Below are positions 17,389-28,913 of a stretch of DNA of 44,776 nucleotides, in pieces. The stretch comes from a virus (taxonomy: Duplodnaviria > Heunggongvirae > Uroviricota > Caudoviricetes), in the IMG/VR virus record IMGVR_UViG_2648501797_000002, positions 1 through 44,776 of that record; one strand, given 5' to 3'. The notes beneath the pieces were generated by a model that was not told the DNA's origin, did not search any database, and saw only the letters and a list, made by a program, of their open reading frames with translations. The translations under genes and the position numbers were made by a program. Position 1 is the stretch's first letter. Each line of letters begins with the position of its first letter.

Positions 17389-18186
17389 ATGTCAAGCGAG
17401 GACAAAATTATGGCAACACCGGACTGGGAGGCCATCGAATCGGCATACCGGGCCGGAGTCCTTAGTCTCCGTGATATAGGCGATAAATACGGCGTTACTG
17501 AAGGGGCTATCAGGAAGAGGGCTAAAAAGTTTGATTGGGTACGCAAGGCCAGTACGCAGGTACGCAAAAATGGTACGCAAAGTGGTACGCAAAAGAGTAA
17601 GGCGCGTACCAGCGAAAAGCCTGCCAGCTCTGGCCGTACGCAAAAAAGTACGCAACCAAAATCCGAACCTCCACCAGATACGAAACCGATACGCGGGGTG
17701 CGTACCGATCCGCCGACCAACCCATTCCAACCCGGCAACCAGCAGGCGTTAAAGCATGGTGGCTACGCCCGCCGCCTTCTGCTTAAAGATGAGGTCATTG
17801 AAGACGCGAAGGCGTTGACACTCGAAGACGAATTATTTCGCCTTCGGGCTAACAACCTTGTCGCCGCAGAGAATATTGGCCGGTGGTTGACCAAGCTGGA
17901 TGATGCTGAAGGGGACCAGGAAAGAAAGGTGTTGATGGAAAATATCAGCGCCGCCGAGAAGGCGATGATGCGCAATACCGTTCGTATTGAGTCCATCGTC
18001 GGCACGCTTGCGACGGTAGGCAAAATATTTGCTGATACAGACTATCGCAAGGCTGCTACTGATAAGGTGTCGCTGGAGGCTGATCGTCTTCGCCGTGATG
18101 CAGGTATTGATGATGGCAACGGAGAGCGTGACCTCAATGACTTCTACTCTGACATCCAAACCGACGCTGAATCCGGTCCTGCGTAG
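17389..18186 (+). CDS. Terminase small subunit
   Basis: N-terminal HTH-like region, position directly upstream of terminase large subunit; contains GTACGCA repeat cluster. Confidence 0.65.
   Translation: MSSEDKIMATPDWEAIESAYRAGVLSLRDIGDKYGVTEGAIRKRAKKFDWVRKASTQVRKNGTQSGTQKSKARTSEKPASSGRTQKSTQPKSEPPPDTKPIRGVRTDPPTNPFQPGNQQALKHGGYARRLLLKDEVIEDAKALTLEDELFRLRANNLVAAENIGRWLTKLDDAEGDQERKVLMENISAAEKAMMRNTVRIESIVGTLATVGKIFADTDYRKAATDKVSLEADRLRRDAGIDDGNGERDLNDFYSDIQTDAESGPA
17539..17654 (+). repeat. Cluster of seven direct GTACGCA(A) repeats (plus one inverted copy) within the terminase small subunit gene; candidate pac/TerS-binding site
   Basis: Repeats read directly at 17539, 17552, 17560, 17573, 17585, 17636, 17648. 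Confidence 0.5.
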
Positions 18187-19537
18187 CTTCTGGACGACGC
18201 AGGCGCGTAACAAAGTGCTTTATGGTGGCCGGTCATCGTCAAAATCGTGGGATGCCGCTGGCATAGCCATATTTCTGTCGAATAAATACAGCCTGCGCTT
18301 TTGCTGTGCACGTCAGATCCAGAACAAAATTGAAGAGTCGGTATATACCCTGCTCAAAATTCAGATTGACCGCTTTGGCCTGCGGCATCGCTTCCGCATT
18401 CTGAACAACAAAATCATTAACCGGGTGACCGGGTCTGAATTCGTCTTTTATGGGCTCTGGCGCAACATTGAAGAGATTAAGTCTCTGGAAGGTATCAGCG
18501 TTCTTTGGCTTGAAGAGGCCCACGCGCTGACGGAATACCAGTGGAAGATACTGGAGCCTACCATCCGTAAAGAGGGCTCAGAGTGCTGGTTTATCTTTAA
18601 CCCCGGACTGGTGACTGATTTCGTGTGGCGTAACTTTGTGGTCGATCCGCCAGAAGATACGCTGATACGCAAAATCAACTACGATGAAAACCCCTTTTTG
18701 TCCGACACCATGCTGAAGGTTATCGAGGCCGCTAAGCGCCGGGATCCGGATGGGTTTAAGCACGTCTACGAAGGTGTGCCAGAGTCGGATGATGATGCGG
18801 CCATTATCAAGCTGTCATGGATTGAGGCGGCCGTTGATGCCCACAAAGTCCTTAATTTCGAGCCGAGCGGGCGTAAGCGTATTGGCTTCGACGTTGCTGA
18901 TAGCGGCGCCGATAAGTGCGCTAACGTCTATCGTCACGGCTCCGTCGTGTACTGGGCGGATGAGTGGAAGGCGAAAGAAGACGAATTGCTGAAGAGCTGC
19001 CAGCGTACCTATCAGGCGGCACTGGAGCGTGATGCTGATATCGTCTACGACTCAATCGGCGTTGGGGCATCTGCTGGCGCGAAATTCTCAGAAATTAATG
19101 AGGATCGTAAGCGCGAAAATATGAATGCATCCCGCATCAATTATCAGCGATTCAATGCTGGCGCTGGTGTGAATGAGCCGGACTACGAATATATTGGCAT
19201 CCCGAACAAGGATTTTTTCGCCAACCTCAAAGCGCAAGCCTGGTGGCTGGTGGCGGATCGCTTCCGTAACACCTTCAACGCGGTAAAGAACGGCGAGCAG
19301 TACCCGGTAGATGAGCTGATAAGCATCGACTCATCCTGCCCGCTGCTGGAAAAGCTCAAGCTGGAACTTACCACCCCGCACCGTGATTTTGACAAAAACG
19401 GTCGCGTGATGGTGGAAAGCAAGAAAGACCTCGCAAAGCGTGACGTACCATCGCCGAACGTGGCCGACGCGTTCATCATGGCGTTTGCTCCAACCGATAC
19501 GGCAATGGATATCTGGGAAGCGCTGGGAAACAGCTAA
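18137..19537 (+). CDS. Terminase large subunit
   Basis: Walker-A-like VLYGGRSSSKSWDAAG near the N-terminus; about 465 aa; start codon ambiguous (18110-18137). Confidence 0.85.
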   Translation: MTSTLTSKPTLNPVLRSFWTTQARNKVLYGGRSSSKSWDAAGIAIFLSNKYSLRFCCARQIQNKIEESVYTLLKIQIDRFGLRHRFRILNNKIINRVTGSEFVFYGLWRNIEEIKSLEGISVLWLEEAHALTEYQWKILEPTIRKEGSECWFIFNPGLVTDFVWRNFVVDPPEDTLIRKINYDENPFLSDTMLKVIEAAKRRDPDGFKHVYEGVPESDDDAAIIKLSWIEAAVDAHKVLNFEPSGRKRIGFDVADSGADKCANVYRHGSVVYWADEWKAKEDELLKSCQRTYQAALERDADIVYDSIGVGASAGAKFSEINEDRKRENMNASRINYQRFNAGAGVNEPDYEYIGIPNKDFFANLKAQAWWLVADRFRNTFNAVKNGEQYPVDELISIDSSCPLLEKLKLELTTPHRDFDKNGRVMVESKKDLAKRDVPSPNVADAFIMAFAPTDTAMDIWEALGNS

Positions 19538-19774
19538 ATACCTGGAAATAACCGTTTCACGCAAAATTCACGCTATTCATTTTTCGACCCTGTTTATGCA
19601 TGTTTTATTCACGCGCTTTTAGCCACTTAACCCCGATAAATAAGCCTTTGGCGGACATTTCATCATGGGAGGGATCCGGCTGGTGCGGGTAACAGTCATT
19701 ATGTTAAATCGGGTCATTTTTTAACAAATTATCCTATCCGCCACGAGTACCAAAAAAGCCGGAGAATAGTCACC

Positions 19775-21226
19775 ATGGCGAAGAAAACAGGACGAGTCGC
19801 CACGGCGGATTCGTACGATAACTTTGTTGCCCGTGTCGGTATGCAGCAGCCTAACCAGCATGCCGCATCGACCTACAGGGCGAACTATACCAGCCGCAAC
19901 CGCCTGCTCATCGAGTGGGCTTATCGTTCCTCCTGGATTATTGGTGCCGCAGTCGATTCGAAAGCGGACGATATGACCAAAAAGGGCGTGCGGATCACCA
20001 GTGAGATTGACCCGAAACGTCGTGGCGTTCTGGAATCGCGGTTCGATGAGCTTCAGCTCTGGGATTGCATCAACGAGACGCTGAAATGGTCCCGGCTGTA
20101 TGGCGGGGCGGTGGCGCTGATTCTGATTGAAGGTCAGGCACCGCTGACGCCGCTGGTGCTGGATAAGGTTGGCAAGGGCAGCTTTAAAGGTCTGGCTGTA
20201 CTTGACCGCTGGATGATTAACCCGCAGCTCACCAGGCGCATTAAGGCGCTTGGCCCTAACCTCGGCAAGCCTGAATTCTATGAAATCGTGACAACGGCGC
20301 AGGGGCTTCCTCCTTGGACTGTTCACCACAGCCGCCTGATCCGCATGGATGGTGTGAAACTGCCGTATCAGCAGAAAATCACCGAAAACGAATGGGGGAT
20401 GTCCATTGTCGAGCGCATCTTCGATCGCCTGACTTCCTACGATAGCACCAGCGTCGGCGCCGCCCAGCTTGCCTACAAGGCACATCTGCGAACGGCAAAG
20501 ATTAAAAAGCTGCGTGAAATTATCGCCACAGGCGGTAAAGCGTTTGAGGCGCTTATCAAGAATATGGAAATGGTCCGCCAGTACCAGACGAACGAGGGTA
20601 TGTCCCTGTTTGATTCGGAGGACGAATTTGAAACACATTCCTATTCTTTCGCGGGCCTGTCTGACCTGCTTAGCGAGTTTAAAGAGGATATCGCGGGCGC
20701 TGTTGGCATTCCTCTTGTCCGCCTGTTCCGCCAGTCACCGAAGGGTTTTTCAACCGGTGACGCTGACCTTGCGAACTACTATGACGACGTGGGAACGCTT
20801 CAGGAGCGAGATTTACGGCCTCACATCCGCCTGTTATTCGATGTACTGCATCGCTCAGAGTTTGGCGAGCCGTTGCCGCAAGATTTCACTTTTGAGTTTA
20901 ACCCCCTGTGGCAGATGAGCGACACCGATCGCTCTACGGTGGCGACCAACACGACTACCGCTCTGGCAACCGCGGTGCGTGATTTGGGAATGTCGCCGGC
21001 TGCTGCGCTGACCGATTTGCGCGAGCTGTCTGACGTTACCGGCATCGGTGCTTCAATTAGCGATGAGGATATCCAGAATGCGGCGAAACAGTGGCAGGAG
21101 ACTGAATCTGAAACCAGCCCTCCGCCGCCGATCGGAGGTCCAGTATCAGAAAAGCCTACTGGCGATAGTCGACCAGATAAATCAAATCGTCACGGGTTCC
21201 TACGATGGTTCACAGGCAAGCGCTGA
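19775..21226 (+). CDS. Portal protein
   Basis: 483-aa ORF immediately downstream of terminase; size and position typical. Confidence 0.7.
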   Translation: MAKKTGRVATADSYDNFVARVGMQQPNQHAASTYRANYTSRNRLLIEWAYRSSWIIGAAVDSKADDMTKKGVRITSEIDPKRRGVLESRFDELQLWDCINETLKWSRLYGGAVALILIEGQAPLTPLVLDKVGKGSFKGLAVLDRWMINPQLTRRIKALGPNLGKPEFYEIVTTAQGLPPWTVHHSRLIRMDGVKLPYQQKITENEWGMSIVERIFDRLTSYDSTSVGAAQLAYKAHLRTAKIKKLREIIATGGKAFEALIKNMEMVRQYQTNEGMSLFDSEDEFETHSYSFAGLSDLLSEFKEDIAGAVGIPLVRLFRQSPKGFSTGDADLANYYDDVGTLQERDLRPHIRLLFDVLHRSEFGEPLPQDFTFEFNPLWQMSDTDRSTVATNTTTALATAVRDLGMSPAAALTDLRELSDVTGIGASISDEDIQNAAKQWQETESETSPPPPIGGPVSEKPTGDSRPDKSNRHGFLRWFTGKR

Positions 21227-21830
21227 GAGCATTGCCAAATCGCTTGTTGACTACTCCGGGGTGATCGACGACTGGGCCGAAATGGTCGGTCGAAAGATGT
21301 TTGCCCAGGTGGAGCGTGAAGAGTGGAATCAGTGGCGTTCTGTTTCGGAAGAAATATCTGCTGGTCTGCGTGACGTGATTAGTAACACTCCAGTCGGCAT
21401 GGTGGCGCAAGACATCGTTTACCGGCAGATTCGCTATATGAAGTCGCTGCCATTAGAGGCGGCAGGACGAGTCAGGGAAATTCAGGAGCGTGCAATACAA
21501 GCTGTCATCCATGGTGAGCGTCCAGATCAGCTTTACGAGATGATCATGCAGTCCGGCGACGTGGCGGCCAGCAGGGCGCGAATGATAGCTCGCACTGAGA
21601 TTGGTCGCGCTACTGGCGCACTGACTCAGGCACGAGCGCTGGCCGTTGGCTCTGAGGGTTACTGGTGGCGCATTGAAGGTGCAGGCACCAGGCCATCACA
21701 CCGAAAAATGAAAGATAAGTTTGTGCGCTGGGATAGCCCGCCAACGCTTGACGGCATGACCGGACACGCCGGATGCCTGCCTAACTGCAAGTGTTGGTCG
21801 GAAGTGCAGATCCCCGAACCAAAAAAATAA
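21078..21830 (+). CDS. Head morphogenesis protein (Mu F / SPP1 gp7-like)
   Basis: Position after portal; family assignment from memory; start uncertain (21063, 21078 or 21282). Confidence 0.5.
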   Translation: MRRNSGRRLNLKPALRRRSEVQYQKSLLAIVDQINQIVTGSYDGSQASAESIAKSLVDYSGVIDDWAEMVGRKMFAQVEREEWNQWRSVSEEISAGLRDVISNTPVGMVAQDIVYRQIRYMKSLPLEAAGRVREIQERAIQAVIHGERPDQLYEMIMQSGDVAASRARMIARTEIGRATGALTQARALAVGSEGYWWRIEGAGTRPSHRKMKDKFVRWDSPPTLDGMTGHAGCLPNCKCWSEVQIPEPKK

Positions 21831-21881
21831 CAGGCCGCCAATGAGCGGCCTTTTCAATGCCCGCAATTCAGCAGGTAACCC

Positions 21882-23084
21882 ATGAAATATTTCTTTAAAA
21901 CCCGCCTGGGCAATACTCGATTTCAACTTGCTGATGGGTCAGTCCTGTTTAAGGACGTCCCGATCGCAAGGACTGGTGAGCAGGTATATGGCGCTGAGGA
22001 GCTGCCTGACCTGCAGCCTGATAGCCACGGACTCATAACCGTACAGCGCACGCCTGAAGAAGTTTTCAGCGAGCGCACTATCGCATCGTTTGAGGGTATG
22101 GCCGTCACGATAGGCCACCCCAAAGACTTCAGCGGAAACATCATCTTCGTCACGCCAGAAAACTGGCGGCAACTCTCTAACGGGCACATCCAGAACGTTC
22201 GCCGAGGCGCGGGTGATAAATCAGACCTGCTGCTGGCGGACGTCATTGCCAAAACGCCTGAGGCCATTCAGGCAGTGGAGAACGGCGACGAAGAGGTGAG
22301 CTGCGGTTATGACGCTGACTACCGACAAATCTCGCCGGGCATCGCAGAGCAGTACGCGATAACCGGTAATCATCTGGCCTTTGTCCCTAACGGGCGGGCT
22401 GGTTCACGTTGTGCATTGGGAGACGCTATGCCGAGCACTACTAAAAACTGGTTTACCCGGCTGTTGAAGGCCCGTAAAACCAACGATGCCGCCGAAATGG
22501 CGAATCTTATCGACAACCCGCCTGATGATGTCACGGGCGATAACGATGTATCGACCTCTATGACACCCGGCGGAGTGGTCATCAACCTTGCACCGCAAAA
22601 TCCGCTTCCCGGCCCGGCATTGCCTGGTACCGGCGATGGTGAGGAAGAAATTCCTGCATGGGGTAAGGCGCTGATTGAGGCGGTGGCCAAACTCACGCCT
22701 GCGGCAGCTGCTCCTGGTACCGGCGATGCCGAGGATGAAGAGGAGAAAAAGGAAGAGGAGGGTAAAGTTACCGGCGACGCCGCTTACCGTGCCGATCTGA
22801 TTCAGCCTGGCATCCAGTTGCCAGAAAAGGCGAAGCCGACAGCATTCAAGCGTCAGGTGCTCGCTTCTGCCGATCAATCACTGGTGCGCTCTATTGTCGG
22901 TGATGCCGATATCAGCAAGCTGAAAAAAGCCACGGTAGATATGGCTTTCACGGCTGTTTCTGAGCTGGCGAAAAACCGCAATACCAAAACCGTCGACAGC
23001 CTGCAAACGCAGACTGCCACCACTGTTAAAACCATTGCCGGTATGAATCAGGCCGCGCAGGAATTCTGGTCTAAACGAGGCTAA
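21882..23084 (+). CDS. Putative head scaffold/maturation protein (DUF2213-like)
   Basis: 400-aa protein with acidic low-complexity central region, upstream of capsid gene. Confidence 0.45.
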   Translation: MKYFFKTRLGNTRFQLADGSVLFKDVPIARTGEQVYGAEELPDLQPDSHGLITVQRTPEEVFSERTIASFEGMAVTIGHPKDFSGNIIFVTPENWRQLSNGHIQNVRRGAGDKSDLLLADVIAKTPEAIQAVENGDEEVSCGYDADYRQISPGIAEQYAITGNHLAFVPNGRAGSRCALGDAMPSTTKNWFTRLLKARKTNDAAEMANLIDNPPDDVTGDNDVSTSMTPGGVVINLAPQNPLPGPALPGTGDGEEEIPAWGKALIEAVAKLTPAAAAPGTGDAEDEEEKKEEEGKVTGDAAYRADLIQPGIQLPEKAKPTAFKRQVLASADQSLVRSIVGDADISKLKKATVDMAFTAVSELAKNRNTKTVDSLQTQTATTVKTIAGMNQAAQEFWSKRG

Positions 23085-23087
23085 CCA

Positions 23088-23582
23088 ATGGGTAATACAT
23101 TTCTTTACCGGATGCCAGCGGGCATCGCCGGGGCAATTTCTCGTCCGCAGGATCTGACGGTTGAACCTCAACTCCTGGACTCCTCCAACCTTTTTCCCGC
23201 TTACGGCCTTGGCGGCAAGATTTCCTCCGGGAAATTTGTGCCAATCGCTGCGAGCGATACAGCGTCGGTGCTGGTGGGCATTTACGTTCGTCCGTATCCG
23301 ACCGCCAGCCAGCCGGATAAAGTCCAGCAGGTAGGCAGCGGTAAAAACTTCACCGGCGATTGCCTGGTACGTGGTTACGTCACGGTAAACATCGGCGCGG
23401 ATGCATCCAGCGTTGCGCTGCATGGCCCGGTCTATATGCGAGTGGCCACACCAACCGCCTCAAGCCCTCTCGGGGCGTTCCTTGCCGCCGCTGATGGCTC
23501 GAATACCGTCCAGATCACCAATGCTTACTTTAATGGCCCTGGTGACACCAGCGGCAACATTGAGCTGGCCTTCAATATCTAA
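23088..23582 (+). CDS. Putative head structural/decoration protein
   Basis: 164-aa ORF between scaffold-like and capsid genes. Confidence 0.4.
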   Translation: MGNTFLYRMPAGIAGAISRPQDLTVEPQLLDSSNLFPAYGLGGKISSGKFVPIAASDTASVLVGIYVRPYPTASQPDKVQQVGSGKNFTGDCLVRGYVTVNIGADASSVALHGPVYMRVATPTASSPLGAFLAAADGSNTVQITNAYFNGPGDTSGNIELAFNI

Positions 23583-23593
23583 GGAAATCGCAA

Positions 23594-24532
23594 ATGCAGA
23601 CATTTGACCAGGCGACAGTCGACGGTACTGGTGCCTTTCTTATCCATGAACTGGAACGTCTCGATCAGACACTGAATCTGCCACTGGTGAATTTTACCTG
23701 GTCGCGCGATATCCAGTTGCGTGAAGACGTGTCTATTGCTGACGAGATCAGCTCTTTCACTAACACCACTTTTGCTGCTGCCGGTACACCGAATGCTAAC
23801 GGCAAAAACTGGCTTAGCAAAGCCGCGACCGCGATGGCTGGGCTTAACGTCGACATCGCAAAAACTGGCTTCCCGCTTACCCTGTGGGGTATGGAGCTGG
23901 GATGGACCGTTCCCGAATTGCAGGCAGCTGCGCAGGTTGGTCGCCCGATCGACACGCAGAAGTACGACGGCATGCAGCTGAAGTGGAACATGGACACAGA
24001 CGAGCAGGTTTATATCGGCGATTCCGGTCTGAACGTTAAAGGCCTGATGAACCTGACGCAGGTAACGCCGACCAACGCAGCGAAGACCTGGGCGACCTCC
24101 ACCGCTGACGAAATCCGGGCGAGCATTAATGCCGGGTTGAGTGCTGCGTGGGCCAACTCAGCTTACTCCATGGTACCGACGGACCTGCTGATCCCGCCGG
24201 AGCAGTTCTCTCTGCTGGCAAGCACCATCGTATCCAGCGCTGGTAACCAGTCCTTGCTGACCTATCTGGAAACCAACACCATCGCATACCACCAGAACGG
24301 GCGTCCTCTGAACATCCGTCCGGTGAAATGGGCGAAAGGTCGTGGCGTGTCGAGCTCTGATCGCATGATGTTCTACACCAACGACAAGAAATACGTTCGC
24401 TTCCCGATGGTTCCGCTGATGAGCGTGCCGATCCAGTATCGCGGCCTGTATCAGCTCGTAACCTATTACGGGAAGCTGGGTGCAGTAGAGCCGGTTTATC
24501 CGGAAACTCTGGCCTACGTCGACGGCATCTAA
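23594..24532 (+). CDS. Major capsid protein (putative)
   Basis: 312-aa ORF with strong RBS in canonical position, followed by a GC-rich stem-loop. Confidence 0.6.
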   Translation: MQTFDQATVDGTGAFLIHELERLDQTLNLPLVNFTWSRDIQLREDVSIADEISSFTNTTFAAAGTPNANGKNWLSKAATAMAGLNVDIAKTGFPLTLWGMELGWTVPELQAAAQVGRPIDTQKYDGMQLKWNMDTDEQVYIGDSGLNVKGLMNLTQVTPTNAAKTWATSTADEIRASINAGLSAAWANSAYSMVPTDLLIPPEQFSLLASTIVSSAGNQSLLTYLETNTIAYHQNGRPLNIRPVKWAKGRGVSSSDRMMFYTNDKKYVRFPMVPLMSVPIQYRGLYQLVTYYGKLGAVEPVYPETLAYVDGI

Positions 24533-24562
24533 CCTGCGGCGGCCCGAAAGGGCCGCTCATGA

Positions 24563-25743
<1,181 letters not shown>

Positions 25744-25744
<1 letters not shown>

Positions 25745-26148
25745 TGCCGTTTCTCGATGTGACTGATGTTCTGCTTGATCCGGACTTTGTCGACCTGTCT
25801 CTGGTGTGTTATCGGCAGGTGCAGACGGTGGACGAAGATAATTTTCCGACTAATACCGCGCAGGCTATTCCGTTCTCTGGTGTCGTAACCGTCGATCGCT
25901 CGCTTGAGGCTAAGCGAATGGCCGCCGGGCAAAACATCAATGGCGCCATCCTCATTGTTACCCAGTTCAGGCTGACGCAGGGGATGCCTGCCAGTGATTC
26001 AACGCCAGAACTCGACGCTGATATCGTTTTATACAGTGGCAGACGGTACCGCGTGACCTTTGTCGATCCGTACACCCGATACGGTGCCGGGTTCGTGCAG
26101 GCACATTGCGAGCTGCTGGAGTTTAACGGAGGGATCCCCGTTGAGTAA
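25744..26148 (+). CDS. Hypothetical virion protein
   Basis: 134-aa coupled ORF. Confidence 0.45.
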
Positions 26149-26692
26149 CGACAGCACAGAGCCAGGGTATCTAACCCCTGTCGGGGATGCTCCTGAGTAC
26201 GATAAGGAGCTGGAAAAGCAACTGAGTCGCTGGGTAAGAGGCGTGACGGGGATTGCGGTTAACCTGGTATTGCCAAGGTTTACCGATCCCCAGTCCAAAA
26301 TACCGCCGAACGGTGAGACGTGGTGCGGGTTTAACTTTTCCACGCTCTCACGACCCGGTACACCTGCAAATGTCCAGGTAAGCGAAGAGCAAAGCGAGCA
26401 ATGGTCATGGGAGAGCATCCAGGTGCTTTTCTGTTTCTATGGCCCCGGCGGTTCCGGGATGGCCACGCGGTTTCGTGACGGAATGTTTGTAGATCAAAAC
26501 GCAGATACGTTGCGACGAATCTCAGGTTTGTCGCTGGTGAGCGCTGATGATATACGAAACCTCCCCGAATTGATCAACAACCAGTGGGTGCGCCGGTATG
26601 ACCTTGCCGTGACCCTTTCCCGCAAAAACACCCGTACCTACAACGTTAAATCTGTCGTTGACCCTAACGTCACGATAGTTACCGGAGACTAA
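26139..26692 (+). CDS. Hypothetical virion protein (possible TTG start)
   Basis: GGAGGG RBS upstream of TTG at 26139; ORF continues to 26692. Confidence 0.4.
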
Positions 26693-26693
26693 C

Positions 26694-27845
26694 ATGGAAA
26701 AAGGGCTTCCCCTTAACCGTATCGCTAATGTGACGGTGACGCTTTCTGCTCGGGCCGCGCAGGGGCGCAATTTTGGCTCAATGCTCATCCTGGGCGACTC
26801 AACTGTTATTCCGATTTCTGAGCGGCTGCGCCTTTACTCCAGCGCTGATGATATCGGCGATGACTTTGGTGTAGACAGTCAGGAGTATGCGGCGGCTGTT
26901 ATCTGGTTCTCCCAGCAACCGCAGCCGACTCTGGTGTATGTCGGTCGCTGGGCGAAAACGCTGGCCACTGGCGAAACAGGCAGCGCAGAAAGTCTCCTGC
27001 AGGCCGTTAACGCTTTGCTGGACTGGAATTCATGGTATGGCCTTCATCTTGCCGTGCCGGTTGCTGATTACCCTTCCGACACCGACATTATCAGTGTTGC
27101 GGCGGCTATCGAAGCCGCGAGTGTATCCCGCATCTTTGGCGTTACCTCGGCTGATTCAACGATTCTTGACGCGGCTACCACGACGGATCTGGCTTCCAAA
27201 CTGAAAGCAGCGAAATACAGCCGTACCTTTATCCAGTACTCGACCAGCAGCCGCTATGCTGCGCTGTCCTCGTTTGCGCGTGCGTTTACTGTTGACTTCA
27301 CTGGAAGCAACACGACGATCACCCTCAAGTTTAAACAGTTGCCGGGCGTTACCTACGAAACCCTGGGTACCTCGCAGGCTAACAACCTGGAAGCGAAGAA
27401 CTGCAACGTTTACGTGTACTACGAAAACGATACAGCGATTCTTGAACAAGGCGTTATGGCAAACGGCGATTTCTTCGACGAGCGCCATGGCCTCGACTGG
27501 TTGCAGAACGCCGTGCAGACGGCTGACTACAACACGCTCTATACGAGCACAACCAAAATCCCCCAGACCGACGCCGGTACCACAACCCGTATCGCCAACA
27601 TTGAGCTGGTGCTCGATAAGGCTGTGCAAAACGGTCTCTTTGCGCCGGGTAAATGGACTGGTGGCCCGATTGGCCAGCTCAATACCGGTGACATGCTGAC
27701 GAAGGGCTATTACACCTGGGCAGAAAACGTTGATGACCAGCTTCAGGTCGATCGCGAAGCGCGGAAAGGTGTGCCAATTCAGGTTGCCGGGAAACTGGCC
27801 GGAGCCGTTCATTACGGCACCGTCGCAATCACGGTCGTGCGCTAA
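26694..27845 (+). CDS. Tail sheath protein (putative)
   Basis: 383-aa protein directly upstream of tube, chaperones and tape measure; synteny of contractile tails. Confidence 0.55.
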   Translation: MEKGLPLNRIANVTVTLSARAAQGRNFGSMLILGDSTVIPISERLRLYSSADDIGDDFGVDSQEYAAAVIWFSQQPQPTLVYVGRWAKTLATGETGSAESLLQAVNALLDWNSWYGLHLAVPVADYPSDTDIISVAAAIEAASVSRIFGVTSADSTILDAATTTDLASKLKAAKYSRTFIQYSTSSRYAALSSFARAFTVDFTGSNTTITLKFKQLPGVTYETLGTSQANNLEAKNCNVYVYYENDTAILEQGVMANGDFFDERHGLDWLQNAVQTADYNTLYTSTTKIPQTDAGTTTRIANIELVLDKAVQNGLFAPGKWTGGPIGQLNTGDMLTKGYYTWAENVDDQLQVDREARKGVPIQVAGKLAGAVHYGTVAITVVR

Positions 27846-27855
27846 GGAGCCATAG

Positions 27856-28296
27856 ATGTCTACGTATTCGTTTCTTGATGTTTCGGCCTCTCTCGCAGGG
27901 CCTACCGGGTTAGTTGAGCTTGGCTACGGCTCAGCGAACGCCGAAGAGGGCATTACTGTCACAATGACAGAGGCAAAAAACACCATGACCATCGGCGCCG
28001 ATGGCGAGGTGATGCACAGCCTGCACGCCGGAAAAAGCGGCACTATCACGGTAACCTTGCTGAAAACCTCCCCGGTAAACAAAAAGCTCTCGCTGATGTA
28101 CAACGCTCAGAGCCTGTCCTCGGCGACGTGGGGCAATAACGTCATCGTCATTCGCAACAAAGTATCAGGTGATACCACTACAGCGCGTTCTTGTGCTTTC
28201 CAGAAGCAACCCGATCACGCTAACGCCAAAGTCGGCAATACGGTTTCCTGGGTCTTTGACTGCGGCAAGATTGATCAGCTGCTTGGGGAGTTTTAA
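27856..28296 (+). CDS. Tail tube protein (putative)
   Basis: 146-aa protein between sheath and chaperone genes. Confidence 0.55.
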   Translation: MSTYSFLDVSASLAGPTGLVELGYGSANAEEGITVTMTEAKNTMTIGADGEVMHSLHAGKSGTITVTLLKTSPVNKKLSLMYNAQSLSSATWGNNVIVIRNKVSGDTTTARSCAFQKQPDHANAKVGNTVSWVFDCGKIDQLLGEF

Positions 28297-28299
28297 CAG

Positions 28300-28719
28300 A
28301 TGGAATTTGAAATCAAAGGCGTTAATTATCGAACCGCCAAACTCGACGTATTCCAGCAACTGAAGGTAAGCCGTAAGCTGCTGCCGGTGCTGGCTGGGCT
28401 CGTTAGCGAATTTTCCACGCTGAAAGCGCAGGCCGCTGCGGGTAACTCTGGTGCAGTGCTGGAAAGCGTACTGCCGAAAATTGCCGATACGCTGGCCGCG
28501 CTGCCGGACGAGGACGTTAACGCGGTGATTCATCCGTGTCTGAGCGTCGTTTCCCGCCAGCACGAAAAGGGCTGGACGAAGGTGTTCGATCAGGGCGTAT
28601 TGATGTTCGACGATACGGACCTGTTTACCATGCTGCAGCTGGTGGCGCGGGTGGTCGCCGACAGCCTGGGAAATTTTTTGAAAGAACTCCCCGGCAGCGG
28701 GACGCCTACCCAGCCATAG
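28300..28719 (+). CDS. Tail assembly chaperone (short form)
   Basis: Immediately upstream of tape measure; overlapping -1 frame ORF. Confidence 0.6.
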   Translation: MEFEIKGVNYRTAKLDVFQQLKVSRKLLPVLAGLVSEFSTLKAQAAAGNSGAVLESVLPKIADTLAALPDEDVNAVIHPCLSVVSRQHEKGWTKVFDQGVLMFDDTDLFTMLQLVARVVADSLGNFLKELPGSGTPTQP

Positions 28720-28913
28720 GTCCTGTCCTGGAATCCATGCCAGAAGGCGAGGATTTCCTGATGCGCCCGGTGGATGCCGGGCTTATCCCCTACACCTCCC
28801 TGAAAGATGGATCAGTCGATCTGGCTGATATTGCCCGTATGAATGACTGGCTGGACCTGAAAGCCGATAACGAAAACCGCATAGCGAAATGGAGAGAGGC
28901 TAATGAACGCTGA
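28536..28913 (+). CDS. Tail assembly chaperone -1 frame extension (made as a fusion by programmed frameshift)
   Basis: ORF in the -1 frame relative to 28300-28719, open across the slippery site and ending at the tape measure start. Confidence 0.5.
   Translation: MSERRFPPARKGLDEGVRSGRIDVRRYGPVYHAAAGGAGGRRQPGKFFERTPRQRDAYPAIGPVLESMPEGEDFLMRPVDAGLIPYTSLKDGSVDLADIARMNDWLDLKADNENRIAKWREANER
28668..28680 (+). promoter_or_regulatory. Candidate -1 programmed frameshift slippery sequence G GGA AAT TTT TTG
   Basis: Tandem heptamers G_GGA_AAU and U_UUU_UUG in the zero frame of the chaperone gene. Confidence 0.45.

Noticed and set aside
17539-17654. Possible CRISPR array from short direct repeats
   Set aside because: Repeat unit is only 7-8 bp with irregular 5-40 bp spacing inside a coding sequence; not CRISPR-like. 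No CRISPR array seen anywhere in the window.
19721-20638. 305-aa minus-strand ORF
   Set aside because: Lies entirely antisense to the portal gene, which has proper operon context; no RBS or coupling; judged an antisense artefact.
21882-23084. Possible toxin or surface protein because of the long acidic Pro/Gly-rich linker
   Set aside because: Position between portal/morphogenesis and capsid genes and the size fit a scaffold/maturation protein; the low-complexity linker is common in scaffolds.
27156-27812. 218-aa minus-strand ORF
   Set aside because: Antisense to the putative tail sheath gene within a tightly coupled plus-strand operon.
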